Assembly: GCF_963921235.1 (NCBI RefSeq)
Contig: NC_086108.1
Location: forward strand, 62,994,001 to 63,058,000
From: Mobula hypostoma
Lineage: Eukaryota
Direction: 5' to 3'
Length of the DNA stretch: 64,000 bases
A program made the position numbers and the translations under genes. The notes beneath the pieces are model-generated. The model saw nothing but the letters and a program-made list of their open reading frames with translations. It made no database searches and had not been told where the DNA came from. Positions 13,513 through 26,745 of this stretch are shown here, piece by piece (positions within the stretch are counted from its first letter, which is position 1; each line of letters opens with the position of its first letter).

Positions 13513-14736
13513 CAAACCCCATTTCCAGAAAAGTTGTGATATTTTCCAAAATGCAATAAAAACAAAAATCTGTGATATGTTAATTCAGGTGAACCTTTAT
13601 TTAACTGACAAAAGTACAAAGAAAAGATTTTCAATAGTTTTACTGACCAACTTAATTGTATTTTGTAAACATAAACAAATTTAGAATTTGATGGCTGCAA
13701 CACACTCAACAAAGTTTGGGACAGAGACATGTTTACCATTGTGTTACATCACCTTTCCTTTTAATAACACTTTTTAATCGTTTTGGAACACTGAGGATAC
13801 TAATTGTAGTAGATTTGCAATTAGAAATTTTGTCCATTCTTGCTTGATGTAAGACTTCAGCTGCTCAACAGTCCGTGGTCTCCGTTGTCTGATTCTCCTC
13901 TTCATGATGCACCATACATTTTCAATAGGAGATAGATCTGGACTGGCAGCAGGCCAGTCAAGCACACGTACTCTGTCTACAAAGCCACGCTGTTGTAGCC
14001 CGTGCAGAATGTGGTCTGGCATTGTCCTGCTGAAATAAGCATGGATGTCCCGGGAAGAGACGTTGCCTTGATGGCAACATATGTCTCTCTAAAATCCTAA
14101 TATATGCCTCAGAGTCAATGATACCTTCACATATATGCAACTCACCCATGCCATGGGCACTGATGCACCCCCATACCATCACAAATGCTGGCTTTTGCAC
14201 CTTTCGCTAACAATCTGGATGGTCATTTTCATCTTTGGCACGGAGAACTCGAAGCCCGCTTTTTCCAAAAACTAGCTGAAATGTGGACTCATCTGACCAC
14301 AGCACATGGTTCCACAGTCTTTCAGTCCATCTGAGATGAGCTCGGGCCCAGAGAACTCGCCGGCGTTTCTGCATAGAGTTGATGTATGGCTTCCTCCTTG
14401 CGTAATACAGTTTCAAGTTGCATTTCTGGATGCAGCGACAGACTGTGTTGAGTGACAATGGTTTTCTGAAGTACTCCCAAGCCCAGGTAGCTATAATTGT
14501 CACAGTAGCATGACTTTTCTGTGCACTTTTAAGTCTGATTTTAACTCTGTCCCTAATTTTGTTGAGTGTGTTGCAGCCATCAAATTCTAAATTTGTGTAT
14601 ATTTACAAAATACAATTAAGTTAGTCAGTGAAACTATTGAACATCTTTTCAAAGGTTCACGTGAATTAACAGATCACAGATTTTTGTTTTTATTGCATTT
14701 TGGAAAATATCCCAACTTTTCTGGAAATGGAGTTTG
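13513..14736 (-). mobile_element. Tc1-family DNA transposon with long TIRs and a disrupted DD34E transposase
   Basis: TA TSD. TIRs of about 200 bp start CAAACCCCATTTCCAGAAAAGTTG. Transposase fragments WSDES, VMVWGC, FQQDNARPH and SPDLSPIENVW (ORFs 14207-14503, 13958-14200, 13774-14022). The N-terminus is deleted. Confidence 0.96.
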
Positions 14737-15295
14737 TATCTCAACCTTCAATATATTTGATGACTCAACATCCATAGCTCTCTGGGTTGAAAATTCCCTC
14801 TAGGCGATTGAATCTGATGCACATACTGTTCTATCCTTTGTTAACAGTGAAGGAGAGAATAGTTTCATCTGTTGTTATATTGGCTGATGTCATGGCTTCA
14901 CATGGTGTGGAAGTGCTTTACCATGATCTCAGACTGACTTTGTTGAGTTTTCATCCCTTGAAAATGAAGGGTTTCTTGTTCTTGCAATATCTTCTTTGGG
15001 CAGTTTAAATATCAATGAAAGTTACCAATTACAAATTGTTGATTTCATCATTTAAACCTAAGACTGGAAGTTGAACTCCTCAAATGAGCTACATGTGAGA
15101 AATGGTTTAATGCATACTGCGCAAGTTTTATTCTTCTACTACTGAATGTTGCCCAGCTTTTATTACAGATTTTAATTATTTGGATTATGCTGTTTGAAAA
15201 TAGAACACCAATGTTTGAAAATATGGATTAGAGGGGAATTTGAGACCTCATTGTGGATTACCATAATTTGGATTCCAGCAGATGCTAAAATATAC

Positions 15296-16229
15296 TGTTA
15301 CACGGAGCGACTGGAGGCGGACCCAAGTGCAGGACACAGGCACGGAGACAGACTAGGACTTAACTAGGAACTCGGAACCAGGACTTGGACTTGACTTGGA
15401 ACTCGGAACCAGGACTTGGACTTGACTTGGAACTCGGAACCAGGACCTGGATTTTAACTTGGAACTCGGAACCAGGACCTGGACTTGACTAGGAACTTGG
15501 AACCAGGACTTGGACTTAACTCGGACTCGGGACTCGGGACTCGGACTCAGGGCTCGGAGCCTTAGGACTGGGACTCGGAACTCGGAGCCTTGGGACTTGG
15601 ACTCGGGACTCGGAGCCTTGGGACTTGGACTCGGGACTCGGACACAGAGCCAGGACTTAGACTTGGACTTGGAACCTGGACTTGGACTTGGTCCCGGACA
15701 CAGAGCCAGGACTTAGACTTGGACTTGGACTAGGACTCGAAATGACAAAACAACGAGTAGCGGAAAGCCTACTGAGCTGGATACGAGACGACAAAGCAAC
15801 GACAATCCATTCGAGGAGCGGCAAACGGCCTGCCTACTGAGCTGGATACGAGACGACGAAACCCAAACCACGACAGTCCATTCGAATCTCGGCTCGGGGT
15901 AGCGGCAATGGCCAGCAAATCTCAGCTGGTCATGAAAACAGCAGAATACCATTGGCTCGGAGTGGCAGCAAACAGCTGGCAACTCAGCTGGACATGAAAA
16001 CGACCGAATCCACAAAGCACCGCAGCCACTTAGAGTCCACAATGAACGGGGGCCTAAATCAGACACAACTGCATTCGTTCAGATGACGGTCCCGCCGTGA
16101 GTAGATGAAAGCCGGAGTCGTTATGCTGCCGGTTCGAATGAGGATCAGGTGCTCTAATCAAGGAGCCCAGTGGAACACAGGGAAAAGGAAATTAACTGAA
16201 ATGAGTAGTTAATAGACCGGACCATGACA
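15296..16229 (-). mobile_element. Solo LTR (Gypsy-like) with internal tandem repeats
   Basis: Termini TGTTAC...ATGACA and an exact 5-bp TSD TATAC (15291-15295, 16230-16234). Internal ~31-bp GGAACTCGGAACCAGGACTTGGACTTGACTT array and (GGACTC/GGACTT) repeats. Strand is inferred. Confidence 0.85.
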
Positions 16230-16319
16230 TATACAGCTGCAGGTTTAGCACTCAAGTGCTAATCAGGTGCAAAATTCATTCAGCAATATAATGTGTGCTG
16301 TATGTACTTCATCTAATGA

Positions 16320-16760
16320 AGGAGTCCCTTTGGATCAAGGATGACTTATTTCCATTCTGGGTTTCAGTTGGTTCTGATGCAGCTAATGAGGCAAATGTGG
16401 AAGCTGCAGATCCTTTCACAGATGTAACATGCAATAGTGAGTGTCCCCACTGTATGGCTACAAGTTTCTCAAGTGCTTGTCTTCCAGTTTGAATGGTGAT
16501 GATCATAAATACATGTTGCACTTCCTCAAGAAAACTTAGAACACAACCTTGAGTCTTTTTCTCTGCCAAGTTATGTCTTGGTATAAAATGTTCATTTCTT
16601 GAAATTGGGCATAGAAATAATGAATCTTGTCCAGTGTAGCTGACTGGGTGTAAAAGTGACCTCAGTGCTTGGAGAGGACCCTGACATTGGTTCACATACC
16701 TCAGGGAAAAAGGAAGAGTTTGTGAAGAAAGCATTGTTGGTATTTCACCAGTACTTTGAC
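16320..16760 (-). mobile_element. Degenerate RTE-like LINE 3' fragment
   Basis: Resembles the RTE 3' end at 40225-40600 (GATGCAGCTAATGAGGCAAATGTGGAAGC vs GATGGCTGTAGAGGTCAGTCTGGGATC). Confidence 0.45.
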
Positions 16761-18139
16761 ATAATTGCTAGAAGTAGTTCAGGAAGCATATAGGAGGACA
16801 AATACCCTCCACTATCTTGTCCCTACTATATAATACTGTCCTATTGACAATAATGGCTCATGACAAGGCCATGCAAGATCCTTAACATTTGACTGTGGAC
16901 GCATTCCATTTCATTCCTTATATATTGTCAAGGCTGACCCTAATAAAGACTTTGATTCCTTTACCAAGATTGAAACTCTAACTAAACATTAGGTGAAACT
17001 GGCACTTAATATTGACAATATTTTGATAACTTGTCATTGATTTTAACTAACATTTCGTTCAAGTATCTCTACTAGAGAAGTTGTTATTCAAGTAGCTGAT
17101 AAGAGATCGAACTCTGGTTAGCATTATTCTGCTTCTTGCCAGGCTCAACATTCCCAAAGTAAAAACCTTAAATGCAAGGAAGATTTTTCACTTAGCTGAT
17201 GAGTACAAGTACAGGGGACATCATGGAATAGGAAATTAAAGGCAAATACAAGTAGAAATTTTGTCACTAAGAGGATGACGAATCTTTGGAATCATCTACT
17301 CTAGAAACTGTAGAGGCCCAGAAATCATGTTCATTAAAAACAGGTTGATAGATTGCGAGAGATGAAGAGAATCCAGGGGTATTGGTCAGTGATATAAAAT
17401 GGTTCTGAGAGAGATTAACCATAGTTTTAATGACTGGAGGTGCAGGTTTGAAGGGCCCACTATGGCCTACTTCTGTTCCTAGTTCTTACGTGCTTAACTT
17501 CTAAAGCGAGGTCTGTATTAACTCAATCTGAAATAAACATCGACTGAAGTGTAATGGCATCATTTATCTGGTGTTTATCAAGGTGGTTTAAAATAATAAA
17601 CTACTTATCATGTTACTTTGGCAAAAAGCAGCAGTATGGATGAACAATGTCCTGAAAGTAACAATGAATCATATAACCAGTTAATCTGTTTTTTAAATCT
17701 TATTATTGGAAACTGGGATTTAGCCACCGAGTTCTTTTTTAAACAAAGGCATGAAGATATCCTATCACTTCTTTGATCATTGATACAGATCTTTAACTTT
17801 TTGTTGAGCCACTTAAAAAGTCAGATAAATTTTCATTTAATTGCATATCAAAAAACAGTGAGTTATATTGAGACTTTTTTACGGATATCCAGTAGTGATT
17901 CCTGACAACTTGTGGAATACTAAATCTAATTTGATTTTCAGGGTTCATGAGCAGCCGCAAATGAGTGGATCCGTTACAGAGCACAAATTGCCTAGTTTAG
18001 AAGGCAGCCAAATTCCCTTCATCCACAACAAAATAAACAAAAATGAAACTTTTTAAAAAAATCTCCTGATATGAATATGTGATATTTGATTTTAATTGCG
18101 TGTACAACATTAGAACTAATCAATAAATTTAACATTAAA

Positions 18140-20298
18140 AAGTAGTGTCAAAAGTAGTGTCGCATTGGACGGAGGAAACGGATGAAGTCCTCCATGACTG
18201 CTTTGCATCGGTGGACTGGTTAGTATTCAAGGACTTAGCAGCTAACCTTGATGAGTATGCCTCAGCTGTCACGAACTTTATTTGGAAATGCACGGAGGAC
18301 TGTGTGTCTTCCAAAACGATCCGGGTATTCCCTAACTGGAAACCTTGGATGAATTATGAGGTCAAGTCCCTTTTAAAGGCTAGAGCTGCGGCTTTTAGGT
18401 CAGAGGATACCAGTCACTACACGGAATCCAGGCATGAACTCCGAAAAGCCATTAAGGGCGCCAAGAGGCAATATCGAGCCAAGTTGGAAGCCCAGGCTAA
18501 CCAGAGGGATGCTAGTAGACTATGGCAGGGTCTAAATAAGATCACTGGGTGCAAAGAAAAGGCTGGGAATATCAATAACTGTGGCGCTTCTCTTCCTGAT
18601 GAACTTAACGTATTCTACGCAAGATTCGAATAGAAGGGGAGCGTCCCGCTCCCTCCGGATGAACTGGACCTGGTGGCATCGAGATTCATTGTCACTGAGG
18701 AGGACGTTAGCAGAGCCTTCTTGAAGATAAATCCAAGGAAGGCGACGGGCCCAGATGGCGTCCCAGGACGGGTTCTCCGGGCCTGTGCAAGTGAGCTAGC
18801 TGGAGTGTTCATCTTCAACTGCTCCTTGCTTCAGTCTAAGATCCGCTCGTGTTTTAAGAAGACAACGATAATCCCAGTGCCGAAGAAGAGCAAGGTGGCG
18901 TGCCTGTATGACTATCGACCTGTGGCTCTGACATCAATTGCTATGAAGTGCTTCAAGAGATTGGTTATGGCACACATCAACCACAGCCTACCGGTCAACC
19001 TCAACGCTTTGCAATTCACGTACCGGAGCAACAGGTCAATGGCAGATGCCATCTCTCTGGCCCTACGTTCCTCCTTAGAACACCTGGAGAATAAAGACGA
19101 ATACATAAGGCTCCTTTTCATTGACTACAGCTCTGCCTTTAATACCATCATTCCAATTAAACTGATTCCTAAGCTCCGGAATCTGGGCCTTAGCACTCAG
19201 ATCTGCAGCTGGATCTTCAACTTCCTCACAGACAGGACCCAGGCTGTAAAAATAGGGGACAAGCTCTCCTCTACAATCACTCTGAGCACCGGTGCCCCAC
19301 AAGGCTGTGTACTCAGCCCCCTGCTGTACTCACTGTATACCCATGATTGTGTAGCCAAGTTTCCATCAAACTCAATATATAAGTTTGCTGATGACACCAC
19401 AACTGTAGGCCGTATCTCGGGTAATGATGAGAGTGAGTACAGAGAGGAAATTAAGAACCTGGTGGCATGGTGCGAAGACAATAACCTATCCCTCAACGTC
19501 AGCAAGACGAAGGAATTGGTTGTTGGCTTCAGGAGTAGTGGACCGCACGATCAAATTTACATCGGTGGTGCACAAGTGGAACAGGTCAAAATCTTCGGGG
19601 TCAATATCACAAATGACCTGACTTGGTCCAACCAAGCAGAGTTCACTGCCAAGAAGGCCCACCAGCACCTTTACTTCCTGAGAAAACTAAAGAAATTTGG
19701 CCTGTCCCCTAAAACCCTCACTAATTTTTATAGATGCACCGTAGAAAGCATTCTTCTAGGGTGCATCACAACCTGGTATAGAAGTTGTCCTGTCCAAGAC
19801 CGAAAGAAGCTGCAGAAGATCGTGAACATGGTGCAGCACATCACACAAACCAATCTTACGTCCGTGGACTCACTTTACACCGCACGCTGTCGGAGCAGTG
19901 CTGCCAGGATAATCAAGGACACGACCCACCCAACCAACAAACTTTTTGTTCCTCTTCCCTCCAGGAGAAGGCTCAGGTGCTAGAAGACTCATATGGCCAG
20001 ATTTGGAAACAGCTTCTTTCCAACTGTGATAGACTGCTGAATGGATCCTGACCCCGATCTGGGCCGTACCCTCCAAATATCCAGACCTGCCTCTCGGTTT
20101 TTTTGCACTACCTTACTTACCATTTTTCTATTTTCTATTTATGAGTTATCAATTAAATTTTTAATATTTACTAATTTAACTATTTTTAATATTTAGTATT
20201 TGTAATCCAGGGAGTGTGAAGCGCAGAATCAAATATCGCTGTGATGATTGTACGTTCTAGTACCAATTGTTTGGCGACAATAAAGTATAAAGTATAAC
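18140..20298 (+). mobile_element. Rex1/Babar-like LINE, 5'-truncated, relatively intact RT
   Basis: ORFs 18145-18633 and 18673-19983 with KATGPDG, DYRPVALTS, FIDYSSAFNT, GAPQGCVLSP and KFADD. Ends with AATAAAGTATAAAGTATAA. Confidence 0.93.
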
Positions 20299-20981
20299 GT
20301 TACAAAGAAAACCTAATGTTGTAAAGGGACCGTGCTGCAGCCATCTTTTGGAAAGTCCTCTTCCATGATGGCATCAGGCGTGCCATAGTAAATTGGGTTT
20401 GTATGAACCCGCTTAGTTTTTGAGCCAGTTGTGTTAGTTTACTCAAACTGAAAACCAGGGCTGCTGATTCTAATAATTTAATGCACCATTCAATAATGTA
20501 CTTTGTCAACTTTCTTTATGTTGATGTGGATCTCAAGCCCACGCTTCTAGATTTAGAAATAAAAATACTATCATTAAACGGTGTTGATGGGATATTGCAT
20601 GGAATACAGGATATAAGTTTGTGATTAGCACAGGTTTTAAGATGCACTCATGATACATTTTACATAACAATTGAAGAGATTCTATGAAGCTAAAGAGATA
20701 GCTAGGTAATTTTGTTTCCCTACCCTGAATATTTGGTGTTAAATTAATAACATTTTTAATTTGTGCATTTCTGTACAGGTAATTTTTTTGAAGTACAGAT
20801 TAGATTTAAAATGTTAAATGATATGCATTTCCTATTTCAATAAGCATCCTTAATTATATGTTTACACTTCCAAGCAATAACTTTCAGGACTAAAGTAGAA
20901 AGCATAATGTGGCATCGGCAACTGATACTCTATTAATGATATAATTTAATTTAATGTTAACATTTTAATTTCTATCCTCAG

Positions 20982-21089
20982 ATTAGTAAAAGCCCCATAT
21001 TTGTACCTGGTGTTTGGGGTCCTTATTACTCTGCTATGGTACCTGATCTATGGCTAAATGAAGGTGGACAAAGTGTGACAGGAAAACTG
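20982..21089 (+). CDS. FGGY: FGGY carbohydrate kinase domain-containing protein, internal coding exon (108 nt, phase 0/0)
   Basis: Acceptor tctatcctcag|ATT and donor CTG|gtaaga. Translates [36 protein letters not shown], matching the vertebrate FGGY segment [36 protein letters not shown] (recalled). Confidence 0.96.
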
Positions 21090-22509
21090 GTAAGAAAATT
21101 GCTGAAACTGTGGTGAAATCTTGTGAGAGGGATTTTTTGTGTATTTTGGGTACTTACTGAAATATCTATATACACTTAAGGTTGATTGTGGGTATTTTTT
21201 ACTACATAAAACAAAGCTATTTTGGATTAATAGTAAATGGTAGAAAATTAATTATTTCAGCCTTCTGGACTTAACAATCATTTCTACAGATTAACAATAT
21301 TGCTGCTGTCATCTGTCTATGTACCTTTAATTATTTTAACAAAAATCTCTTAACTAAACTGTCTTTCTGCATCATGTGTTTTCTATCTTTCTCTTGTGTA
21401 ACATGTTAATTGTATTGCAATATTTAGCCACCTCTATGTATTCATAAGTGTTAGTTATGCCTGGAAATTAATTAATCACCCTTCAGTGGTGCCAAATGTT
21501 CTTTAATACATAATACTCTTCCTCAACATTACTAATATTCTATGGTCATTTAATATCATCAAACAGCCATGAATGTCTAGATATTGAGGCCATATTTTGA
21601 ATCAATTGTATGAAATTGTTTGCCACACAGAGCAGTGTGTCAGGCCTGCACAGCCATGCACCTCCCGATCTCCACCAAGCTAACAGGAATTACTTGTCAC
21701 TGATTTTCAACTCACCACCTGCAGCCTATTTAAACCCAGCTCTCATCCACGGTCCCTGTTCACACATCGAACCAGTCAGCCTCAGCAAGTTGCTTCTGGT
21801 CTTGTTGCCTTATTGTGTTCAGTATCTGTTCCCTCTTTTGTAGCCCCTCAGGCAAATTTTTATTAAAAGTTTTTGCTAACTGCTAAGTCATCTCCACTGC
21901 TCTGCTTTTGGGTCCAGCCTCCTGTACATTTCCTGCCAGGGAATGAACTTTCAATTAACACAGCAGAGTATACTTGCCTAAAGAAAGTTGTCTGTTCATG
22001 TGAGCATACAATACAGAAGCAGCAGGATCTGTTCGTCTGTTCACTACTCTCTTCCAACTTTGCATCTTGATACAGCAACCCTGCAACAGTCCATCTCCTC
22101 CCACTGAGCCCCAGATACTGGTGTCCAAATGGTTTAACAGATCCCCAACCCACAGCCGCAATTTCTTGTCCCAGTGTGTCTTACACTTTGAGTTCCAACC
22201 ATCTCTGTATTTTACAGACCAAGCTAAAATTGTCTTTGTCATCTCTCTGTTCACTGGGCGAGCTCCGACCTAGGTCACCACTAACTGGTACAATAAGCCA
22301 CCATTTGCAATAAGTATGAGGATTTCACTGCTGACATTCATCAGGTTTTTGACCATCTGGAAGTGAAAGAGGGGCAACGAATAAGATGAACCTGCGTCAA
22401 GGCTCATGCTCATTGCTGAATTACACCGAAGAAGTCAGGACCCTCGTGGCAGAGCGTAGCTGGAACCTGGAAGTGCTGATGGCCCAATACCATCATGTCC
22501 TCTCAGAGT

Positions 22510-22854
22510 AAACATAAAAACATAGAAATCATACAGCACAATACAGGCCCTTCAGCCCACAAAGCCGTGCCGAACATGTCCCTACCTTAGAACTACCTGG
22601 CTTTACCCGTAGCCCTCTATTTTTCTAATCTCCATGTAGCCATCCAGGAGTCTTTTAAAAGACACTATTGTTTCCGCCTCCACCTCCACCACTGGCAGCC
22701 CATTCCACGCACTCACCTTTCTCTGCGTAAAAAACTTACCCCCTACATCTCCTCTGTATCATCTTCCAAGCACCTTAAAACTATGCCCTCTTGTGCTAGC
22801 CACTTCAGCCCTGGGGAAAAGCCTCTGACTATCCACATGATCAATGCCTCTCAT
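22510..22854 (-). mobile_element. CR1 3' fragment nested in the Gypsy gag region
   Basis: AAACATAAAAACATAGAAA tail plus CR1 3' UTR. Same subfamily as 63128-64000. Confidence 0.88.
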
Positions 22855-25594
22855 TTGAAATATGAGCTGTCTGCCCTCATTACTCTGGCCCTCCGAGTTG
22901 ACAAGTGTTTTACAGAAAGCCCCTCCAGATCATCGGCCAGAACCCCTGTTCCATTCCCCAAAACACTTCAAGCTGCAGGACCTTTATCATCAATGCTTTC
23001 AGAAGCCATGTAGTTAGGGAGAGCTCCCTTAGCCCCCAAAAACATGAGTGTCAGTGGAGAAACAAACAATATGTGCTTTTATTGTGGAGCTGCCAATCAT
23101 CCACACAACAAATGCTAACTGTGTCCAGGAAATGGCACCACCAGGTAAAGACAAGGGGCCTGCTATTTATTTAGCTCTCCCTGGCCCCTTGTTCCAACAC
23201 CTTAACCCAACTCATTCTCTCTGTCAGCCTCCACACCCCAACAGCTCTATGCACACAGGAGGCTCTAGTGGATTCCAGTACAGCAGGCAACTTACCAGCC
23301 TGGACTCTGTGTGTGCAGTTTGGACTCCCTCCCGAGCTCCACTCATGACCCTCACTTCACCTGGTCATCCAGTCGACTCCTGGGTTGGGGATCCACCTGC
23401 CTGCAACTTCAGTTGACCTCACCCTCTAAGTCCAAGGAGAGGGAGGAAAAATAGGATCTCACCAAACCCCCATAGGAATATCACGACTTAGCCATTGCTT
23501 TCAATATAATGGAGGACAGCACCTTGCCGTCTCACAGTACACATGACTGCGCAGTCGACCTCCTCTCAGGCACCACCACTCCCCAGGTTTGTCTGTTCAC
23601 CCTCTCCGCTCCTGAAACCCAAGCCATGAATGACTACGTTGCCGAAGCACTTCACTTAACTACCTAGTTTCAAGCCAGTACAGGGTTTTTCTTTGTCAGA
23701 AAGAAAGATGGTGACTTCGTGTCTGCATTGACTAACCTGGACTCAACAAAGTTACCCTCTCCACTTTATGGCTAGCACAAAGCACTCTGTAGGGCCCAGA
23801 TCTTCATCAAAATGGAGCTACGGAGTGTGTACAATCCGCCAGTGGGATGAGTGGAAGATGGCATTCATAACACCCACTGGCCACTATGAATACTTGGTGA
23901 TGCCTTTTGAAATTTTCAACAGTCCAGGCATTTTACAAGTCTTCATTAACGAGATCCTTTGTGACATGCTACACTGATTTGTGTTTGTCTAACTCAACAA
24001 CTTCCTCATCTTCTTCAGGGACCCTCAAGACCATGTCTGTTATGTCCATTCAGTCCTTCACCATTTACTTGAAAAACAACTGTACTGCAAATTAGAGAAA
24101 TGCCAGTTCCATACCATTGTCATTTCCTTCCTGGGTTACATCCTTTCACCCCAAGGCATAACTATAGACACAGAAGAAGTGCACCCATTGCTAAATACCC
24201 CCAACCACACTCCGTCAAATAGCCATGGTGCTTCTTGGGGTTCTCCAACTTCCACCACAGTTTCATCAGAAACGACAACCAAATAGCTGCTCCTCTCGCA
24301 TCCCTCACCAAGTCATCTACTTCACGGATAACCTGGTCTGCTGCTGTGGACCATGCTTTCAAGGAGCTTGAGAGATGCTTCACCACCATTTCTGTTCTCC
24401 ACCATCCAAGCCCTCCAGACCGTTTCTGGTGGAGGTGGATGCATTTTATGCAGGCACCAGGGCCATCCTCTCCTAGCGAGGACCAGACTGCAAGACACAT
24501 CCTTGTGCCTTCTTCTCGCACAAGTTCAAATCGCGGGGCCCTCTTCTTCCGTCAATTCAACTTCACCTTCTCCTACTGACCCAGCTCCAAGAATGCGAAG
24601 GCAGACCCCCTGTCACAACAGTTTGACCCAGAGGAAATGGAGGTCAACTCTCAGACCATCATTCCATCCTCACCCCAATCTTCTGGGACCTTGAAAACCA
24701 GATCTGCCTGACCCTACAGTACAAGCTTGCTCTGGCCAGCACACACCTGACAGCCACATGTATGTCCAGCAGCCCTGTACTCTGAGGCATTCCAGTGGAT
24801 CCACTCTTCACCCCCCTTGTGACCCCCCCACCCAGCCATGACAAATTCTGCATTTTTTGTGACACTGGTTCTCTGGTCCACCATGATCGCAGATGTATGT
24901 CAATTCATCACTGCCTGCCCAGTCCAGTTCCTCCATCCGAGTAGCCCTCTGGGCTCCTACTGCCCTTCCCTGTCTACTGTTGTCCCTGTCCCACATTGCC
25001 ATGGACTTCATCATGGGTTTGCCATCTGCTGATGGGGCCATGCTGATCATGCTGTGGACTGGTTCTTCAAGGTGGCCCACCTCATTGTCCTTCCCAAGCC
25101 TCCTTCAGAAGCTGAGATGATGGACTTGGTTCTCCAACATATAGTTCACCTCCACATATTTCCTTGGGACATTGTGTCAATCAGTGTCCACAATTTGTCT
25201 CCCACTTCTAGCGAGCCTTCTGCTCCCTCCTCCGCATCTCAGTGATATTGTCCTCTGGCCACCAACAGATTTTATCGTCTGGCAATTGCAGACCAAAGGT
25301 CAGTTAGAAAGAGCCAGTCAGCATGTGGAGACATTTCTATGATGCTTCATCACCTCTAACCCTTCACGTGGAAGAAGTACCTGCTCTGGACTGAGGTTTC
25401 CCACAATTTACACACCTGCTTTGCCACAGGTATGTTGCCCTTTGACGTGCGTTATAGCTACAAGCGGAGGAGCTGGTGGTGGAGGTCCCATCTGCCAGGG
25501 CCCTGACTTGCCAATAACAGAGTGCTTGGAAGCGGGTACAGAGGATCAACCTAGCTGTCAGCCACACCTACTGCTGCCAAGATAACCACTATCT

Positions 25595-26702
25595 TCAAAG
25601 GATGGGCATAGACAAATCCACTATCTCCTGAATTACTGACTATCTGACAGATAGACCCCAGTTTGTAGCTCTCAGTCTGAGATGGCGGTGAGTGGTACTG
25701 GAGCATCACAAGGGACTGTCCCGTCTCCTTTTCTGTTCACACTGTTTACCTCAGACTTTCAGTACAAATTTGAGTCTTGTTACTTGCAGAAGTTCTCTGA
25801 TGACTTTGCAGTGGTTGGGTGTATCAGAGATGGGCAGGAGTAAGGACAAGTTTGTGGAGTGGTGTAGGAGGAATCACCTGCTCCTGAATGTGGCCAAATC
25901 AGGGAGATGGTGATTGATTTTAGGAGGAAGAGGATTGTGATGAATCCTGTATGCATTCTGGGAGAAGTTGTGGTGATGGTAAAGTACAAATACTTGGGTG
26001 TTCACCTCGACAACAGACTTGATTGGAAAACCAACACCAATGCTGTTTACAAGAAGGGGATGAGCAGACACTATTTTCTAAGGAAGGTGAGATCCTTCAA
26101 TGTGTGCAGCAGGAAGTTGGAGATCTTTTACCAGTCTGTTGTAGTGAGTGCAGTCTTTTTTGCAGCTTTATGTTGGGCGAACAACATCAGTGCTGGTGAA
26201 GCAAAAAGACTAAATAAACTCATCAAGAAGCCTGGTTTCATCCTTGGCTACAATCTGGACTCTTGAGTTCATGGTGGAGAGGAGGTTACTAAGCAAACCG
26301 TTATCTATCATGGACAATCAGGCACATCCTCTCTGTGACCTACTGAATAAGCAGCACAGCACCCTTTCCAACATACTCATTCAGCTCCGCTGTCACAAGG
26401 ATCGTTACAGAAAATTTTTTCTACCAAATGCAATAATCATATACAACAGTTCATCTCTGTGTGACAGCAGAACACATATCATAATGCTATAGTCTCTGTT
26501 TTATATTGTTTTGTACATTATTATTACACATTAGTGCACATGGTTAAATTATTATGTGTATATTATTATTCTGTGCTTTACTATTAGTTATTATTCTTTC
26601 GGGCTGCACACTGCTCAGTGTGTTTTTAAAGGTTGCTGCTGTAACGAAATAATTTCCCACTCAGGATCAATAAAGTACTCATTATTTTATTATTATTATT
26701 GA

Positions 26703-26737
<35 letters not shown>

Positions 26738-26745
26738 CATCATCA
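25595..26745 (+). mobile_element. Rex1-like LINE nested in the Gypsy integrase region, ending in an (ATT)n microsatellite
   Basis: ORF 25907-26266 YKYLGVHLDNRLDW...YFLRKVRSF. AATAAA followed by an (ATT)n/(ATC)n tail at 26680-26745. Confidence 0.88.

Noticed and set aside
18673..19983. 436-aa reverse transcriptase ORF as a host gene or novel RT system
   Set aside because: It is an ordinary Rex1/Babar-like LINE copy: 5'-truncated, with an upstream in-frame stop and a typical LINE tail.
1..20981. Upstream FGGY exon ending ...CGTSSCHM
   Set aside because: I could not find it by eye. It probably lies before the window, and a tBLASTn search would settle this.
22067..22273. PEG10/RTL1-like domesticated gag
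   Set aside because: A short broken fragment inside a decayed LTR element, with a CR1 insertion just downstream.
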